Below, in pieces: positions 1 to 14,688 of a stretch of DNA of 64,000 nucleotides. The notes beneath the pieces were generated by a model, which worked only from the letters and a program-made list of their open reading frames with translations, ran no database searches and was not told the DNA's origin. Made by a program: the position numbers and the translations under genes. This DNA is from Vermamoeba vermiformis (lineage: Eukaryota). The stretch is from contig JBEWZL010000116.1 in assembly GCA_045837725.1 (NCBI GenBank), forward strand, positions 1 to 64,000, written 5' to 3'. The first letter of the stretch is position 1, and the number at the start of each line of letters is the position of its first letter.

Positions 1-413
1 TAAAGAATATCCTTCTTACAACTCCATGGGCTGGTGTGCTTGGCTTAAAGAGTAAATGTCTTCATGAAACTCATGGTTAAAAATATTTTGTGACTCAAAC
101 TTAGCAAATTGGTGATATCTACATTGATACATTTATTTTTTTTTTTTTTTGCTGGAGGTACTTGATAGCCTTGGCATGATGTTCAGGTGACTTGTAATGA
201 TATTTTTGGGATTGTATCTCATTGTGTCACTATTCTGTGAAGACGCAGAACGGATCTTCGCATGAACAGAGACAGAGGCAGAGCAGACAGTAAGTAAATT
301 AAAGCTGATGTTTATTATATAGAATAATAAAGAGATACAATAATAGTGTTACTTCTTTAAGCTAACATATTTCCTAATTAGGAAATCATCTGACTTTGTG
401 ATGACTGGTATTG

Positions 414-1816
414 TTATGGTTCTTCGAGAGTGACATGTTTGACATGTGTCATCAAACGGTTGACACTTCGTTTCAGTTTGGAGTTTGATGGTGGAGGTTG
501 ATCGAGGAGAGCCCCATCAGCAATTAATTGTGCCAGTACTGTCATATCTTTGATCTCCATGTCTGGCACGTACTTGTTGAAGATCCTAAACGTCGGGTAG
601 CCCATGCGTACAAAGTCCAAAACAGTTTGATGTGATGCAAGACACAGCGTCAAGAATGATATTTCCTTATTGTTGTAGTCTGCTGAAGTAATCATGCCAT
701 AATACATGTTTGGAAAAAACCCATACATTTGAGCAATAACTGTGAATAGAATTGATTGGCAAGCCCGTTTACATTTAGCTTCTTATTGCCATACTTACTC
801 TGTCCAACTGAAACATTTGCAACAGAAATGTTGAATGTGGTCCAACTTGAATCGATGAAAGAACCAGCCAATAAGCTTTAGAAAGTAAATTAGTACCTAT
901 ATTCAGTTATTTATATCTTACGCATTGGCCCTATCATTGGTGTGTGCGTGAGCGATGGTCAAAAGTTGTCGTTCAAGAACAATTTGATCAATGTTCATCA
1001 TCTTTGACAACAAAAACGTTGCTTTTTCTGTGTCGTATCTTGACTTAATGTAGTTGGTTATATTCTCAACAAACTTCCGTGGCACACCCCAACTGATCAG
1101 ATCTGTGTTGTTTTTCCACATTGATACTGAAAAAATCAACTTTAGCTCATTATCAATTATTATACGAGTTCACCATGTACCATCATGCTTTCGACCAAGT
1201 CCATAGAAATTATCCCGACCATAGTCTAAGATATAATGGCTATTTTTGCTCACCTCATGCAGAGGTAGTTCAAGCTCGGAGCCAAATGAAAATACTGGCT
1301 TATATAAGAATGCTAGGAACATCTCATAGAATCCTAACAAAACCAGGATTATAAATTAAACGATTCTATTTGGTTGTGCTTTACCCGTTGCAAACCATGT
1401 TCCTGGATAAATTGCTTCGGCCCACTTTATGCTCATCGAGTCCAATATTGCAGGAACCCACGTCATGTTTGTCACGTGATAATATCGTGGCAGAGACCGG
1501 CTGTTAAATTTTGCATCATCTATATAGATATCTCTGATTGCCTTTGCTTCACTGAGCCGTTGAATTTCGCAGGGTCTACGAAAAGTGACACGTCAAAAAA
1601 TTGGATTTGAACACATTTGTGGCTAAATTACGCAGTAAAATACTTACGACATTTTGCTATGTTGACTCGAAAGCATTTTGTCAATGAGAAGAAGCACGTT
1701 CTTGCGAAGTTGTTGTCTGATCTTCGGATCATTGAAACTGTTGAATATTGGAGGTCTTGAAGCTCCACTTTCGCTGGCAATTTTCCGAATAAAATCAGTT
1801 GAATAATTTGTTCCAT
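414..1816 (-). CDS. Hypothetical multi-exon protein
   Basis: Minus-strand ORFs 1628-1849, 918-1139 and 414-728, plus an exon at ~1385-1576 (PCEIQRLSEAKAIRDIY...PGTWFATG), bounded by GTAA/AG. No family recognised. ATG at 1816 is a guess. Confidence 0.5.
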
Positions 1817-1954
1817 AATTGACGAAATTCTGGTCGAATAAATCCGCAAAATGTGGATCTTGCTCTATCAGTGAACAACTTGCTGTTTAAAAAAATTTTA
1901 GTTACTTCACAATTATTTTGTTATTAATAATAACCCAAAAACTTTTTTTCCCGT

Positions 1955-2143
1955 GCAAAACGGATCAAATCCGCAATTCGATAGGTTGCCACACTCGGCA
2001 TTTCACTTCGCAGAGCACAGGTTACCAAACGTGTGGCAACCTATTGCGGTCATATATATATATTATATGTTTATGTAATTACGAAGTAGTGCGAGAGCAA
2101 CTAAGCAAGTTTCGGCGTCAGCAAAACGGATCAAATCCGCAAT
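1955..2143. repeat. 23-bp direct repeat flanking a 14-bp inverted repeat
   Basis: GCAAAACGGATCAAATCCGCAAT at 1955-1977 and 2121-2143. ATAGGTTGCCACAC at 1981-1994 and its exact reverse complement at 2031-2044. Confidence 0.85.
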
Positions 2144-3037
2144 CCGCCTCGCTAGCTTGAAATTGAATTGCCGAAATATTGGGACCGCTGATATCAGCGG
2201 GCATTGGTAATTTCCGTTGAGCACTTAAACTGAAATCGAAAAAAACAACAACTTACCAATGGCAACAAAAAGAAATATGAAAGTCGATACCAATCGCATT
2301 AGAATAACTTGCCCAGCTACAGTTAATATAATTTGACGCTGCGTCAACACTCTAGAGCCGTGTGTGTATTAATAAAAGATCTTACGACTAAAAAAATTTA
2401 CGCTGTTACGCTTTTACACTTTAGTGCCTGATTCGGGTCTTAAAATAATGCTGACCAATAGAGTAATAGGCTTTAATCCAAAAATGGAAGGGCATTGGTC
2501 GCTATTGGCAAAATCCTTGCCATGTACTCTAATGAAACTCCAGCAATAACTAGTGCTTTCGAAGTTAAGCTTCGATCTGAATAAAACACAGCGTCACAGA
2601 TAATTTAAATTCATGTGTGTGGTCGACCTATACGCTTGAACGAGATTTCGCCATCAAATGCTCTTCAATCGCGAAAAAGAGACCCGCAAGATCTGATCCG
2701 CGTTGTTTTCCCCAGCGCCAAAGAGCGCCATAGGACCTCTAAGGAAAGTTTGTGTTTTGGAATTACCTCTAGAATTTGCGAGATCCTACTACATTCGCAG
2801 ATAACAAGATTTAAATTATGTAAAAAAGGTTGGGGGTAAAATACTTGTTAATTGTAATAAAATAACAAAGCCCAGCTCTTACGTAAGGGTACGAGAAAAA
2901 ATACATTCGTGAGCATTGAATTACTATCGTTGTGCTCGCATTGCCGCCCTCGCATTGAAGCCTGAAAGATTTCACACACGCAATAAAAGCATTTCAACAA
3001 TTGATTCGTAAAATCGTTTTTTAAAACTACACAAAAA

Positions 3038-5939
3038 TTACATGGGCCTCGGTGAAATTGGAGGCGGTGATCGTCGGTACTGTTTACACGCTTCAATGAC
3101 TGGCATTAATCTGCTCGTATTGGAATCTGATGCTGCTGGTATCATCCAAGGGTGCTATATTAATATAATCGTTTATTAGTAAAAGTTTCGTTTTGCTAAG
3201 TCCGATCCAAAACAAAATTTCTTTCCTTTTTTGGAAGTGTTTCTAAATATAGATACGTACCTTTAACAACTCTTTAACGGTTGGCCGCGCATCAGCTTTC
3301 ATTTTCAAACAAAGACCCAAGAATTCTTTGAAATTATCGGACCATTTTTCTGGTTGTTGCAACGGAGGCACGCCCTTTTTGCTAATTGTAACGAGCGCCT
3401 AAATATACCAATATGAATAAAACTTCCTATTTTGGAAAGAGGCCGACGGCGTGTCTTTAACCTACCTTGAGCTCGGGCAAGTCCATGTAAGGCGGCAGAC
3501 CTTCAGCCATCTCCATGAGCAAGATGCCAACGCTCCACACGTCAGCTTTGTAGTCGTAGTCTTTGCCTCGAATAACTTCTGGGGCCATCCTAAGCACCAT
3601 AAAATAACATATTAGTAATCAACGCGTTATGAAATTATCGTGGTATTAAAAACCAAAATTTGAACGTGACGAGTAAACGAAATTAAAAAAAAAAATATCA
3701 CGTGCAATAAATTTGATATGCCTTATAAAGCTAAATTATGAATAATTTACGAACAGAAAAGTCAAGTCGGATGTTGGGTAAAGAATGATGTTCAATTTAA
3801 TACGTACCAATAAAGTGAGCCCAGCGCTGTGTTTCGCTTTTGTTTCCTCTTCGTCAATTGCACCGCGAATCCAAAATCACAAATTTTAACCGCGCCTTCG
3901 TGATTTAATAAAATATTATCGCTCTTAATGTCACGATGAATCAAGTGATTGCTGTGCATGTACTTTAATCCGTTCAATACCTAATTAGGAAATCACGTGT
4001 CGAGTTAGGACTAAGTAATTGCATTGTAATTTCATTATTTTGACTTACGTTCCACGTGACCCATCGCATTTGTAACTCGGTCAATGGGTATACTTTGTGC
4101 AGCCTTAGTATATCAGCTAAATTACCGCTATCCATATACTCCATAACAATCTATCATAGCCGTCAGTACAAAAATAATGCAACGATTGCCGTAGCAAGAA
4201 TTGAATTCTCGACGGAGAAAAATTTATGCAAAGTTATAGGTACGCGTTGGTTTTGAACTTACCCATAGTCTATCAGTGCTATAATAACCGCCCAAGAATT
4301 TTACAATGTTTTCGTGCGTGCAATTCTTCATGATTCCCATTTCAGCTGCTAGTGCATCTTCGTTCACGTTGTCAATGTTGATCTTTTTGATCGCCACTTT
4401 TTGCTTTGTTTTTCGATCTACGGCCATAAACACCGTGCCAAAGCCACTGTCGAGATATTCGTTAGTAAATTTCCGTATTTGGTAATATACCGTTCATACG
4501 TACCCTTCACCAATCTCGTCTTGAACTTCGAAAATTTCACGAGGATTGTCTTTATGATTAACAAGGTCCCCTAATAATATTGCAAAATTAATTCATGAAT
4601 CTCGGTACCATATTGCCATAAAAGGCAAGTCAATCTTTACACTTACAAAATTTCTCTCCATTTTCGCTGCCAGACGGCAAAGGCTTCGGATCTTCTTCAC
4701 GATTACTATAGCGCGTGTGAAATGCCAAAATATCCATAATTTCTTTTGAATTTTCAATCACTTCCACTGGCGTATAACCGCTGTCATTAATGAATTTTTT
4801 CCACGCGGGAGGCAGTCCCTTTCGATCGATTCAGATTAGTTACCTATTATATATAACACCTTATACTATATGTATTGTACTTACAACGAGACCTAGATCT
4901 TTATCGAACCTCACGTGGACCATGTGTTGTTGATTATACGGAGTACCAATATGAATATCATCGCTCCCTACACGAGTCAAAAAAATTAAATTACTACTTA
5001 GTTATAATTGGTCTAAAAATTTGTAAATTACTCGTTATTAATCGTAATAAAATATTATAGTTAAATAGCATATTATTACGTTAGAAGAAATTAAAAATTA
5101 ATTTAAATTAAATTGAATTGGATCAGATCTGCATTCGAGGCTATTCGATGTAACAATGCTTTAATCAATATAAATTACGTACTGCCTTTCAACGGATGTT
5201 TTTTCAGTGTTCTTCGTTTTACTGAACTGTTTCGCACTGTCATTATCCGATTTGCTTCGTTGTAACTTCTTTTCTCTCTTTCTAATTTGCTCTTCTATAA
5301 TTCAAAAGATCAATATATATATTATTTTACTATATTTGTATAAATATTTCGAATACTAAAGAATTACTGGTGTTGAATCAAAATTGAAACAGTTACACAT
5401 CCGCTACCAAATAAATTTAAAAATTGTGTAACGTATAATAATAGAATAATAATATGTTCATATATGTCTTATTATCCTATATGATTACCTTCTGTATCTT
5501 CATCATGGCCACGAGCAGTTTTCGATCCATCGTTTTGATTAATTTTGGCTTTGGCGTCAGCAATCTGTTGCGGAGATAAACTCGATATACTTTTGCTTCT
5601 TCTTAATTCTTTTTCAGTATCCGATGCACTATCTTCATCTTTGTTGTTATTATTGTTCGATCTTGAATCTGAATTTTCATTTTGGATTTGCTGTACACGT
5701 TCTTTGATTCGAGCTTTGTCGAAAATAGGCTCAGAATTAGCCTTAGTAAGATCTAATGTTAATCTTTTCGGCTTGCTCGATGATTTTGATTTAACTTCTT
5801 TAGGTGACGGATCTTTTTTCTGATCTGGTTCTGTAATGACGAGTTTAGGAGGACTACCTGGTCCTATATCTCCTTGTGATGTTTTAATTTTAATTAATTT
5901 AGCGCCGCTTTCTTTCTTCGCGATTGGCGGGCTTGACAT
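3038..5939 (-). CDS. p21-activated (PAK/STE20-family) Ser/Thr kinase with CRIB domain
   Basis: Exons encode a low-complexity N-terminus, CRIB ([16 protein letters not shown]...GLPPAW, ~4800-4975), [29 protein letters not shown] and DVWSVG. The final exon ends ...SPRPM-TAA at 3038. Confidence 0.92.
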
Positions 5940-7131
5940 TTGAAGTTTGTCCAGATTTGTGTAACTGTCGAAAAATACGTTAGAAAATTAGGTGTTATAA
6001 TTTTAGCATGATCGTACGCGTATATAGCATGATATAGTAATAAAGAATTTTAATCAGCAAATTTTAATTAAGTAAAATACAAAAATTCAATTCCGTTCGC
6101 AAATCCGAATAATTTCGAATTTTACGCGACAAAATCGACTACTAGATTCATAAATAGACGTGCTTGTGAATACTTCAGTTTCTTTATGAAACTAAATTCC
6201 GTCTGCCGATATTTTACCTAATCTGCCGCTCAGTTCGTGGCGCGTCCTTTTATCGAATATTTATATGCCAAGCACCACTTTTAATAATACGTGGATTTAT
6301 GGTGTCTAACTACGATCGAAAATAATGAAATTCAAGCTCAAATTTTTCGGCAGATAGACGCGAGGTTAAAAATCACTATTTGATTGTTTTAGATGATAGA
6401 ACAAGAAACAACAATAGCGCTATTATAGTAGCAGTATTGTGCACGTTAATGTCATGATTAATTGCGCAGACTAAGCTACCCGAATAACAAATCCAAATCT
6501 GCCTTTCACTTTCCTCGATTTTTTGAAGCTTATAGGTAAAGGGTTACTTACACAATGTATACAAGTATAGCTCCCCTTTCGTTTGACGAAGACGGTGCAC
6601 AAAGTTTTTTTGTATTTTTGAATCCGTATTTGCGTAAAACTTTCTGCATCACCAAAAGGACATCGCCTAATTACTGGCATATTTAACTATTTTTTGATCT
6701 ATTTTTAGACTTAGTCTGAATTTTTGGTCGAAGCGGGCCAACAGTCTCGCTCATCAGGCACTAAGAAATCCATCTCAGTTGATCGATGCAGTAATATTCA
6801 TAGCATGTAAGATGTTGTACTTACAATAACGTTGAATGATGACTTTACTAAATTAATGAGCTTCGTTTTTCTCCGCGATGTACATGAGATCGGATCTTCC
6901 TTTTTTGTTGGCCTAGGCAAACAAGAACTCCTAATTGAGCTGCTGATTCCATAGAGCCGACTTTGGATACAGACAAGTGGTCATCTACCAGGGCTCTAAT
7001 TGTGGCTCTGTGGGGCGGATTCTCGTCGAGTTTTCTACGTGTGGAAAAAGATTTTTGCATTGTTTCAGGTCCCTTTTATCTTTATTTTTCCATCAGAAGC
7101 ACACGCCTATTCTTAGTTTATCAACTACGCA

Positions 7132-10100
7132 ATGGCTGAACTCCAAAACAACCCTTACAAGAACTTGCTCAAGAGCTTGGATGTTAATGGCAAGCAATTC
7201 CAATACTTCAGCTTGCCTGATCTTAACGACGCTCGTTTGGGTAAGTAGGGCTACATGCACTATAGTCATGTATAATTAGATCATTCTTATATCTTTTGAT
7301 GCAAAATATAGTCGTTACGCGGTGAGATGTCATCCGAAAAAACAATTCATAAAATAATTATTTAATTGTTTTTCTCGTATCAAAGTCTTAGCATAGTACT
7401 CTTTGATTGATCAGTCTATGTTTTTTGTTGGGATCTGGTTGTTTCCAGCATCTGGATTGCACACAAACTTTTACGGACATTACGAGACCCTCTATAATAT
7501 TTTAAAATATACACACGCATACGAAACCTATTAATCAATATTATTACAGCCAAGCTTCCTTTCTGCGTTCGTGTTTTGCTTGAATCCGCTGTCCGCAACT
7601 GTGACAACTTTAAAGTCAGAACTAAGGACGTCGAAAGCATTTTGGATTGGGGTATGTATTATTAAAGCAATGATAGAGCTTATAATCTTCGGTGCCGAGC
7701 TAATTTAATTGAGATCTCAAATATCTTTTCGTTAAACTGTTGTTGATTATTCATCAAAATGAAGAATCACCATAAATATCGATCAAATATGCTGTACAGC
7801 AAAATGATTAATTTATTTCTCAATTATTGGTGTTTTTTCAAGCAAAGTTTTCTTAATGTTGCAGATTCAGATTTGTTTAATGAACAGGCGTGCAGACAGC
7901 CGAAGATCTCGATCTAACGTTATTTTACAGAAAATACCTACAAGACCCCCACTGAAATCCAATTCAAGCCTGCCAGAGTCATTTTGCAAGTAAGTTCCGG
8001 AGATCGATCCGCGGATGTGGCCGTAACTCTGCTCAATTATCTTGAGATTTCTTACCGTTTCGAGGACCGTGTCTAACGCGTTGATATTTATAGGATTTCA
8101 CTGGTGTCCCCGCCGTCGTCGACTTGGGTAAGTCAGTTATTCCCATGATCTGATACTTTTGCGAACGAAATTTGGGAACTGCAATGTTATTGCGAATCAA
8201 TTTCATTATTTTTAAATTTAATTTAACGCGGAGCTCAGCCCGAGGGCGTCTGCAATTGTTTACTCGATCAGCTGCCCTTTGCGATCGCGACTTGGCAATT
8301 TTTAAATTGAACTTGAATTTTATTTAATATGGTGTGCGATACCTGGTATTAATAATCCTATTATTAGCTGCTATGAGAGACGCCACTAAGCGCCTCGGAG
8401 GTGACTCGACCAAGATCAACCCTGGTGTCCCCGTCGATTTGGTTATTGATCACTCTGTTCAAGTAAGTAGTACTTAATATAAGCTGCGATTGCATATTGA
8501 GCCTTAAGAATCCTCAACAAGCGGTCCGGTCACAATCGCGATCGAGATTCACCCTTAGAATTTTCGTTTCGAGCGAAATTTGCCTATTTTATCGTTCATT
8601 AAGCTATAAATATTTTCTAACGTACTATTTATTACTATAGGTCGATAAGTTCAGAACCGCTGATGCCTTGGAGAAGAACTTGGAATTGGAAATGGAGAGA
8701 AACAAGGAACGTTTCGTCTTCTTGAAGTGGGGTGCTCAAGCCTTCAAGGGCCTCACTATTGTTCCTCCTGGCGCTGGTATTGTCCATCAAGTAAGTACTT
8801 TAAGACTCGCGAGCCAAATCCAACTCGATCTTCAACCGTATCTCAGTTCTTCAAATCCAATATTACCTCTCTACTCGCGCTTATTTTATTACTAATATTA
8901 TTCTACGTATTTCAATGCTAATTACTTCCTTTTTGCAAAGGTCAACTTGGAATACCTCGCTCGCGTCGTTTTCAACAACAACGGTGTCTTGTACCCTGAT
9001 TCACTCGTCGGTACTGACAGCCACACTCCTATGGTCAACGGTTTGGGAGTGTAAGTAGCATTAGGATGAATTTTAGATTTGTTTATCGCAAATTTGACCG
9101 TTATTTTTTGCGCGGGATCTGATCGTCTTATTTTAGCGTCGGATGGGGTGTCGGTGGTATTGAAGCCGAAGCCGTCATGTTGAACCAACCTGTAAGTACC
9201 TCGTATTGGCTAATTATTGGAGTCGTATTAACGTGTCCTTTATTAGATTTCCATGGTTTTGCCTGAAGTTATTGGTTACAAATTGACTGGTTCATTGAAC
9301 CCTCAAGCCACTTCTACTGATTTGGTCCTCGTTATCACCAAGCACTTGAGAGAAAAGAAGTACGTTACATGATTGATTTTAAACCTGATCTAGAAACGCT
9401 AGCAATAATTTCTAGATCCTTCGAATCTGAATCTAGTTTCTTAATTGTTCTTTATAGGGTCGTTGACAAGTTCATCGAGTTCTACGGTCCTGGTGTTGCC
9501 CAACTGTCTATTGCCGATCGTGCCACCATCTCCAACATGTCCCCTGAAATGGGTGCCACTATTTGCTTCTTCCCTATTGACGAGAAGGCTCTCGAATACA
9601 TGCGCTTGACTGGCCGCAGCGACGAACAAGTTGCTTACACCAAGGCTTACTTGAAGGCTCAAAACATGTTCCGCGACTACAACGACGCTTCTCAAGACTG
9701 CCACTACACTGAAGTTTTGGAGCTCGACTTGAGCACTATTATTCCTGCTTTGTCTGGTCCCAAGCGTCCTCACGACTACGTTCCTTTGAAGGACATGAAG
9801 ACCGACTTCAACAAGTGCATGACCAACAAGGTCGGCTTCAAGGGCTTCGGTATTGCCGAGACTGAACTCGCCAAGTCTGTCTCTTTCGAGTACGAAGGCA
9901 AGAAGCACGAGCTCAAGCACGGAGATGTCGTCATTGCCGCCATCACTTCTTGCACCAACACTTCTAACCCTAACGTTATGATCGGTGCTGCTTTGTTGGC
10001 CAAGAAGGCCGTTGAAGCTGGTCTCAATGTTGAGCCTTACGTCAAGACCTCTCTTGCCCCTGGCTCTGGTGTCGTCACTAGCTACTTGCAACGCTCTGGT

Positions 10101-11532
10101 TTGTTGCCTTATATGGAAAAGCTCGGCTTCGCCGTCGTTGGTTACGGTTGCACCACTTGCATCGGTAACTCCGGTCCTTTGCCCGAAGAAGTCAGCACTG
10201 CCATCGAGTCCGGTGATTTGGTCGTCGCTGGTGTCCTCTCTGGCAACAGAAACTTCGAAGGTCGTATTCACCCTCACGTTCGTGCCAACTACTTGGCCAG
10301 CCCTCCTCTCGTTGTTGCCTACGCCCTCGCTGGCACCGTCAACATTGACTTCGAAAAGGAGCCTATTGGCAAGAACAAGGACGGCAAGGAAGTCTTCTTG
10401 AAGGACATCTGGCCTTCTCACGACGAAATTGCCAACGTCGTCTCCTCCAACGTCCTCAAGGAGATGTTCGTCGACGTCTACGGCAAGGTTACTGTAAGTG
10501 TCAAAAGCGAAAGTTTGACGTGATTAGCGATACTAACGATATTTTTTGCGCTTTACAGCAAGGTACTGCTCAATGGAACGCTTTGCACGCCGGCAAGTCC
10601 GAATTGTACGAATGGGACCCTGCTTCAACTTACATCCACCACCCTCCTTTCTTCCAATCTATGCAACTCCAGCCCACTCCTCTCACTTCCATCAAGAACG
10701 CCAACTGCTTGTTGAACCTCGGTGACTCCATCACCACCGATCACATCAGCCCTGCTGGTAACATCGCCAAGACCTCTTCTGCTGCTCGTTACTTGGAAGC
10801 CCGAGGTGTCAAGAAGGACGACTTCAACAGCTACGGTGCTCGTCGAGGTAATGATGAAGTCATGGTTCGTGGTACCTTCGCCAACATCCGCTTGGTCAAC
10901 AAGATGGTCGGCAAGGCTGCCCCCAAGGCTGTCCACGTTCCTTCTGGCGAGACTCTTGACGTCTACGACGTTGCCGAGAAGTACTTGAGCGCTGGTACTC
11001 CCACCATCATTTTGGCTGGCAGAGAATACGGATCTGGTTCATCTCGTGACTGGGCCGCCAAGGGTACTTGGATGTTGGGCGTTAAGGCCGTCATTGCTCA
11101 ATCTTACGAGAGAATCCACCGCTCCAACTTGGTTCTCTTCGGTGTCATTCCTTTGGAATTCAAGGTAGGTTTTTTTGGCTCGCGTAACACGCGAACAGTG
11201 ACTACTTTGAGGCATTTCAGCTACTCTGGCCTGTCATTGTTCTGCTCTATTACTTGTTTTATTTGATAAGACCGACACGTAGCTAACAATTTAATTTATA
11301 GGAGGGCGAAAGCGCTGATACTCTCGGTTTGACTGGCAAGGAAACCTTCGACATTGACATTGGCCACATTGATCAAGTCAAGCCCAACCAAGAAGTCACC
11401 GTCAAGGTTCACGGCGGAGCTGTTTCTGAGTTCAAGGTCGTTTTGCGCTTCAACACTGAGACTGAAGTCAACTACTACAGACACGGTGGTGTGTTGAACT
11501 ACGTCATCCGCGAGACCATTGGCCACAAATAA
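7132..11532 (+). CDS. ACO1: Aconitate hydratase, cytosolic IRP1/AcnA type
   Basis: [10 protein letters not shown] start; [45 protein letters not shown] (Fe-S ligands), [24 protein letters not shown]. Multiple GT-AG introns, strong codon bias, no mitochondrial presequence. Confidence 0.97.
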
Positions 11533-11826
11533 GATTTTCTTCGAGAGATCTTACTCGGCTTAATATTTCGTTAATAAACTATATTTTTATATAGACCATG
11601 TATGAATAATAATTTTTGCTATTGTTAAACTTCCGTGAGAACTCGAGCGCGCAAGCAGAAAAATAGATCAACTTCTCTCGTGTCACGCAATGACAGGTGT
11701 TGCCGTTGTGATATTTTTGAGGCTGCTTCAATAGAATCTTTGTATAATATTTTGAACCACGAGCACCCTTATTGTGTCGGTTTAAAGTTCTAGGCAGGTT
11801 AAAGATCGAATTTAAATTAGCTGACG

Positions 11827-13882
11827 ATGCGTACCTCTTTACTTGTCTTGTGCTTGTTTATTGTAGTGTCAGTAATATCAGCAGCAAAAAGAAATGGCCG
11901 CGAGACAGGAACGGCCTTACATTTAACCGATCTTCACCTTGATCTCCGTTATCAAGTAAGCAAAATTATATTTAATATCTAAATTGAATAATCATAATAT
12001 TTTACACGATTATAACAACAAAATCAAGGATATGCATAATCTTGTTGATTAATTATTAATAATGATTTTTCATTCAGCCCGGAACCAATCCTAATTGTGA
12101 CGCAGTAACAGTTTGTTGCCATAATGATAGGTATTGCAATTTAAGAAATATTATTTATAATTAAACTCTCGCCTCTAGAAAATATCCTAATTAATTTCTA
12201 AATTTAGTTCTCCGGGTCCTGCTAAAGCCGGTCAATTTGGTGATTATGAATGTGATGTACGCATTAATTATGCTTATCATATTATCCAATTATTCTCGCG
12301 GACGATTTTCTACGAAGCACATTGGATCTAATCACATTTCTAGGCTCCTTTAGTGCTTATGCAAGAAGCGTTTCGATTTGCATCAACTTTGAATCCAGAC
12401 TTCGTGCTTTGGACTGGAGGTATGTTGCAATGCGGCCTATAAAGCGAGTTTTAAGCTCTATTTGACATTAGATGATCCCGCGCACGATGATTTCAGTCAA
12501 AGTCGTCAAAGCAATTTAGAACGCATCAAAATTTTATCAGATCTGTTCGACAAGTATTTCCCTAATAAGCTCGTATACCCTAGCTTAGGTATGTGCACGT
12601 AACATTAAATATCATGATTACTAATCGGTTACTTTTTGGTAGGCAATCACGACACGTAAGTTTTGACAGATCGGATCTAGTAAAGCCTCAGTATTAATTG
12701 TTGCAGTTTCCCTGTCGATCAATTAGATGTACCTCCACGCAACCAATGGCTTCTCACTACTGTCGCTAGCTACTGGAACAAATGGTTGGATCCGCAGGCC
12801 ATCAAAACCCTCACTTACGGCGGTTACTACCAGGTACAGTCTTCGCGCTATTGATTATATTTACTGACTATACGTGTCTCTTGTGCGTTAGATGCAAGTT
12901 TCACCAAGCTTGAGAATTATTTCCATCAACACTTTGTACTACGACATGTTCAACTTCTGGGTACGCACTAGTTCGAAGTCCAATTTTTGATCTCTGAGCT
13001 AATATCATTTTTAAAGTTGTTGTTCCTTCCCAATGGCACGGACATTGCTGATCAATGGAAGTGGCTGCAAAATTCATTGGCTGACGCTCAATCCAAGGGC
13101 CAGAAAGTTTGGATCATTGGCCACATTTACCCTGGTAAGTACAACAAATACGCACGTATATAATCAGTCGTACATAAGCTTAACGTCATATATAGGCAAC
13201 TATCAAGGTACTCCTGGCTTCTCTCACGGCTACTCGCAATTGATGAAGCAGTACCAAGACACGATCACTGGTCACTTCTACGGCCATAGCCATCAAGACG
13301 AGGTGCATAATATATCAATTTTATATATCATTTGATGAGGGTCTAATACATTAACTTTAGTTCCGTGTCGCTCTCGACAAATCAGGCAACGCGATTGGAT
13401 TTTTATATGTCGCTCCTTCGATCACTCCATTCACCGTAAGTAAATTTTGTACAATCGTAACAATTGCTTACGTAGTATAGGAACAAAATCCTAGCATGAG
13501 AGTATATCATTATTATAAGGATACGAATGAAGTGTATGACTTCGACCAGGTGAGTTGGATCCGGTTTATTTCTCCTTCACTATGCTAACTAGTATATATT
13601 ATATAGTACGTGTTGGACCTAGACCAAGCTAACCTTAAGGGATCGATGCAGTGGCGATTGGAGTACAGCGCGGCGAGTGCTTACAATATGACATCATTGA
13701 CGCCTTCTTCGTGGTTGGATCTTGTCAAAAGATTCCAATCAAATGACGCCCTATTCCAGCAATTCCATCGATACTATCATGCAGAGTGGCCTGGTGTTAC
13801 TCCTTGCACCGGCAATTGCAAGAGCCAAAGATTATGTGATTTGACTTCCGTTGATCCGCAAGTCAAATCTCCTTTTTGTTAA
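11827..13882 (+). CDS. Secreted acid sphingomyelinase-like metallophosphodiesterase (SMPDL3/ASM family)
   Basis: Signal peptide; HLTDLHLD, GQFGDYECD, WTGDDPAHD, GNHD, IIGHI, GHSHQDE, PSITP, NPSMRVY; Cys-containing C-terminus; many short exons. Confidence 0.92.
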
Positions 13883-14688
13883 TTTAGTAGGTAAATATAC
13901 CATTTATTAAGAATATTAGCATTTCAGTTTTTAGCGTTAGAAAGAAGAGGAATGATTCTATTTAATGGAAAGAGGGGTTTGTAAGTAATTTTAATCGATA
14001 CGTTAACTTTAACTCATATTATTGACAAATTAACTTTCACAATATTATTGCAAACCACCAACAAGACAGAATTGTAATCTTATTGTTAATAATAGTACAA
14101 CATCTTATGAATTAATTAGGTGTAGCGTATTTGCCGCGCTAGCAAATAACTTAAGCCATTTTTCGTACAAAGCAAGTATCGAGTCGACTTTGCAAGACGA
14201 GAAGCGATGTCCGCACGTGTCAACGCAGGCCGTTACAAAGCCGCCGGCCTAAAATATATAGGCGGCGCCCACCCCCCCCCGCCGGGGGCGACGGGCGGAG
14301 AGAATTCGCTAAATTAAATTAGCATTAATAATGTTATTCCAAACCACCAACACCAAAAAAAATAGCAATTTAAAGGCCTTAATTACGTGGATTATTTGAA
14401 TTTTTTGGTGAGCGGCCGGATTCGCCCGCTTGCAAACATTAAACTTAAACCTTTTTATGTACTTAGCGGAAGTATCGACAGTCGCATATTTGCTATATGT
14501 AGAGAAGCGGTTATGGGAAGATTACGATTGCTGTCCCCGCACGTGTTCAGTTTCGTTCACGTCAACCTCGTCAATTTCGTCCCGTTTGAATTCTCTACTG
14601 CAGTATCAATGGGAGCTATTTATATTGTCGGCATTCATTAATTAAATACTCACGCTACTGCACGCAACCACAGAAGAAGCATCTCATA

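Noticed and set aside
1-300. Possible 3' exons of a plus-strand gene at the window edge
   Set aside because: No consistent spliced frame or recognisable motif could be built.
7020-7131. Iron-responsive element upstream of the IRP1-like aconitase
   Set aside because: No CAGUGN-loop hairpin was seen in the 5' region.
9441-10421. 326-aa antisense ORF (and other antisense ORFs) over aconitase
   Set aside because: Expected by-product of strong codon bias in a highly expressed gene; no independent protein signal.
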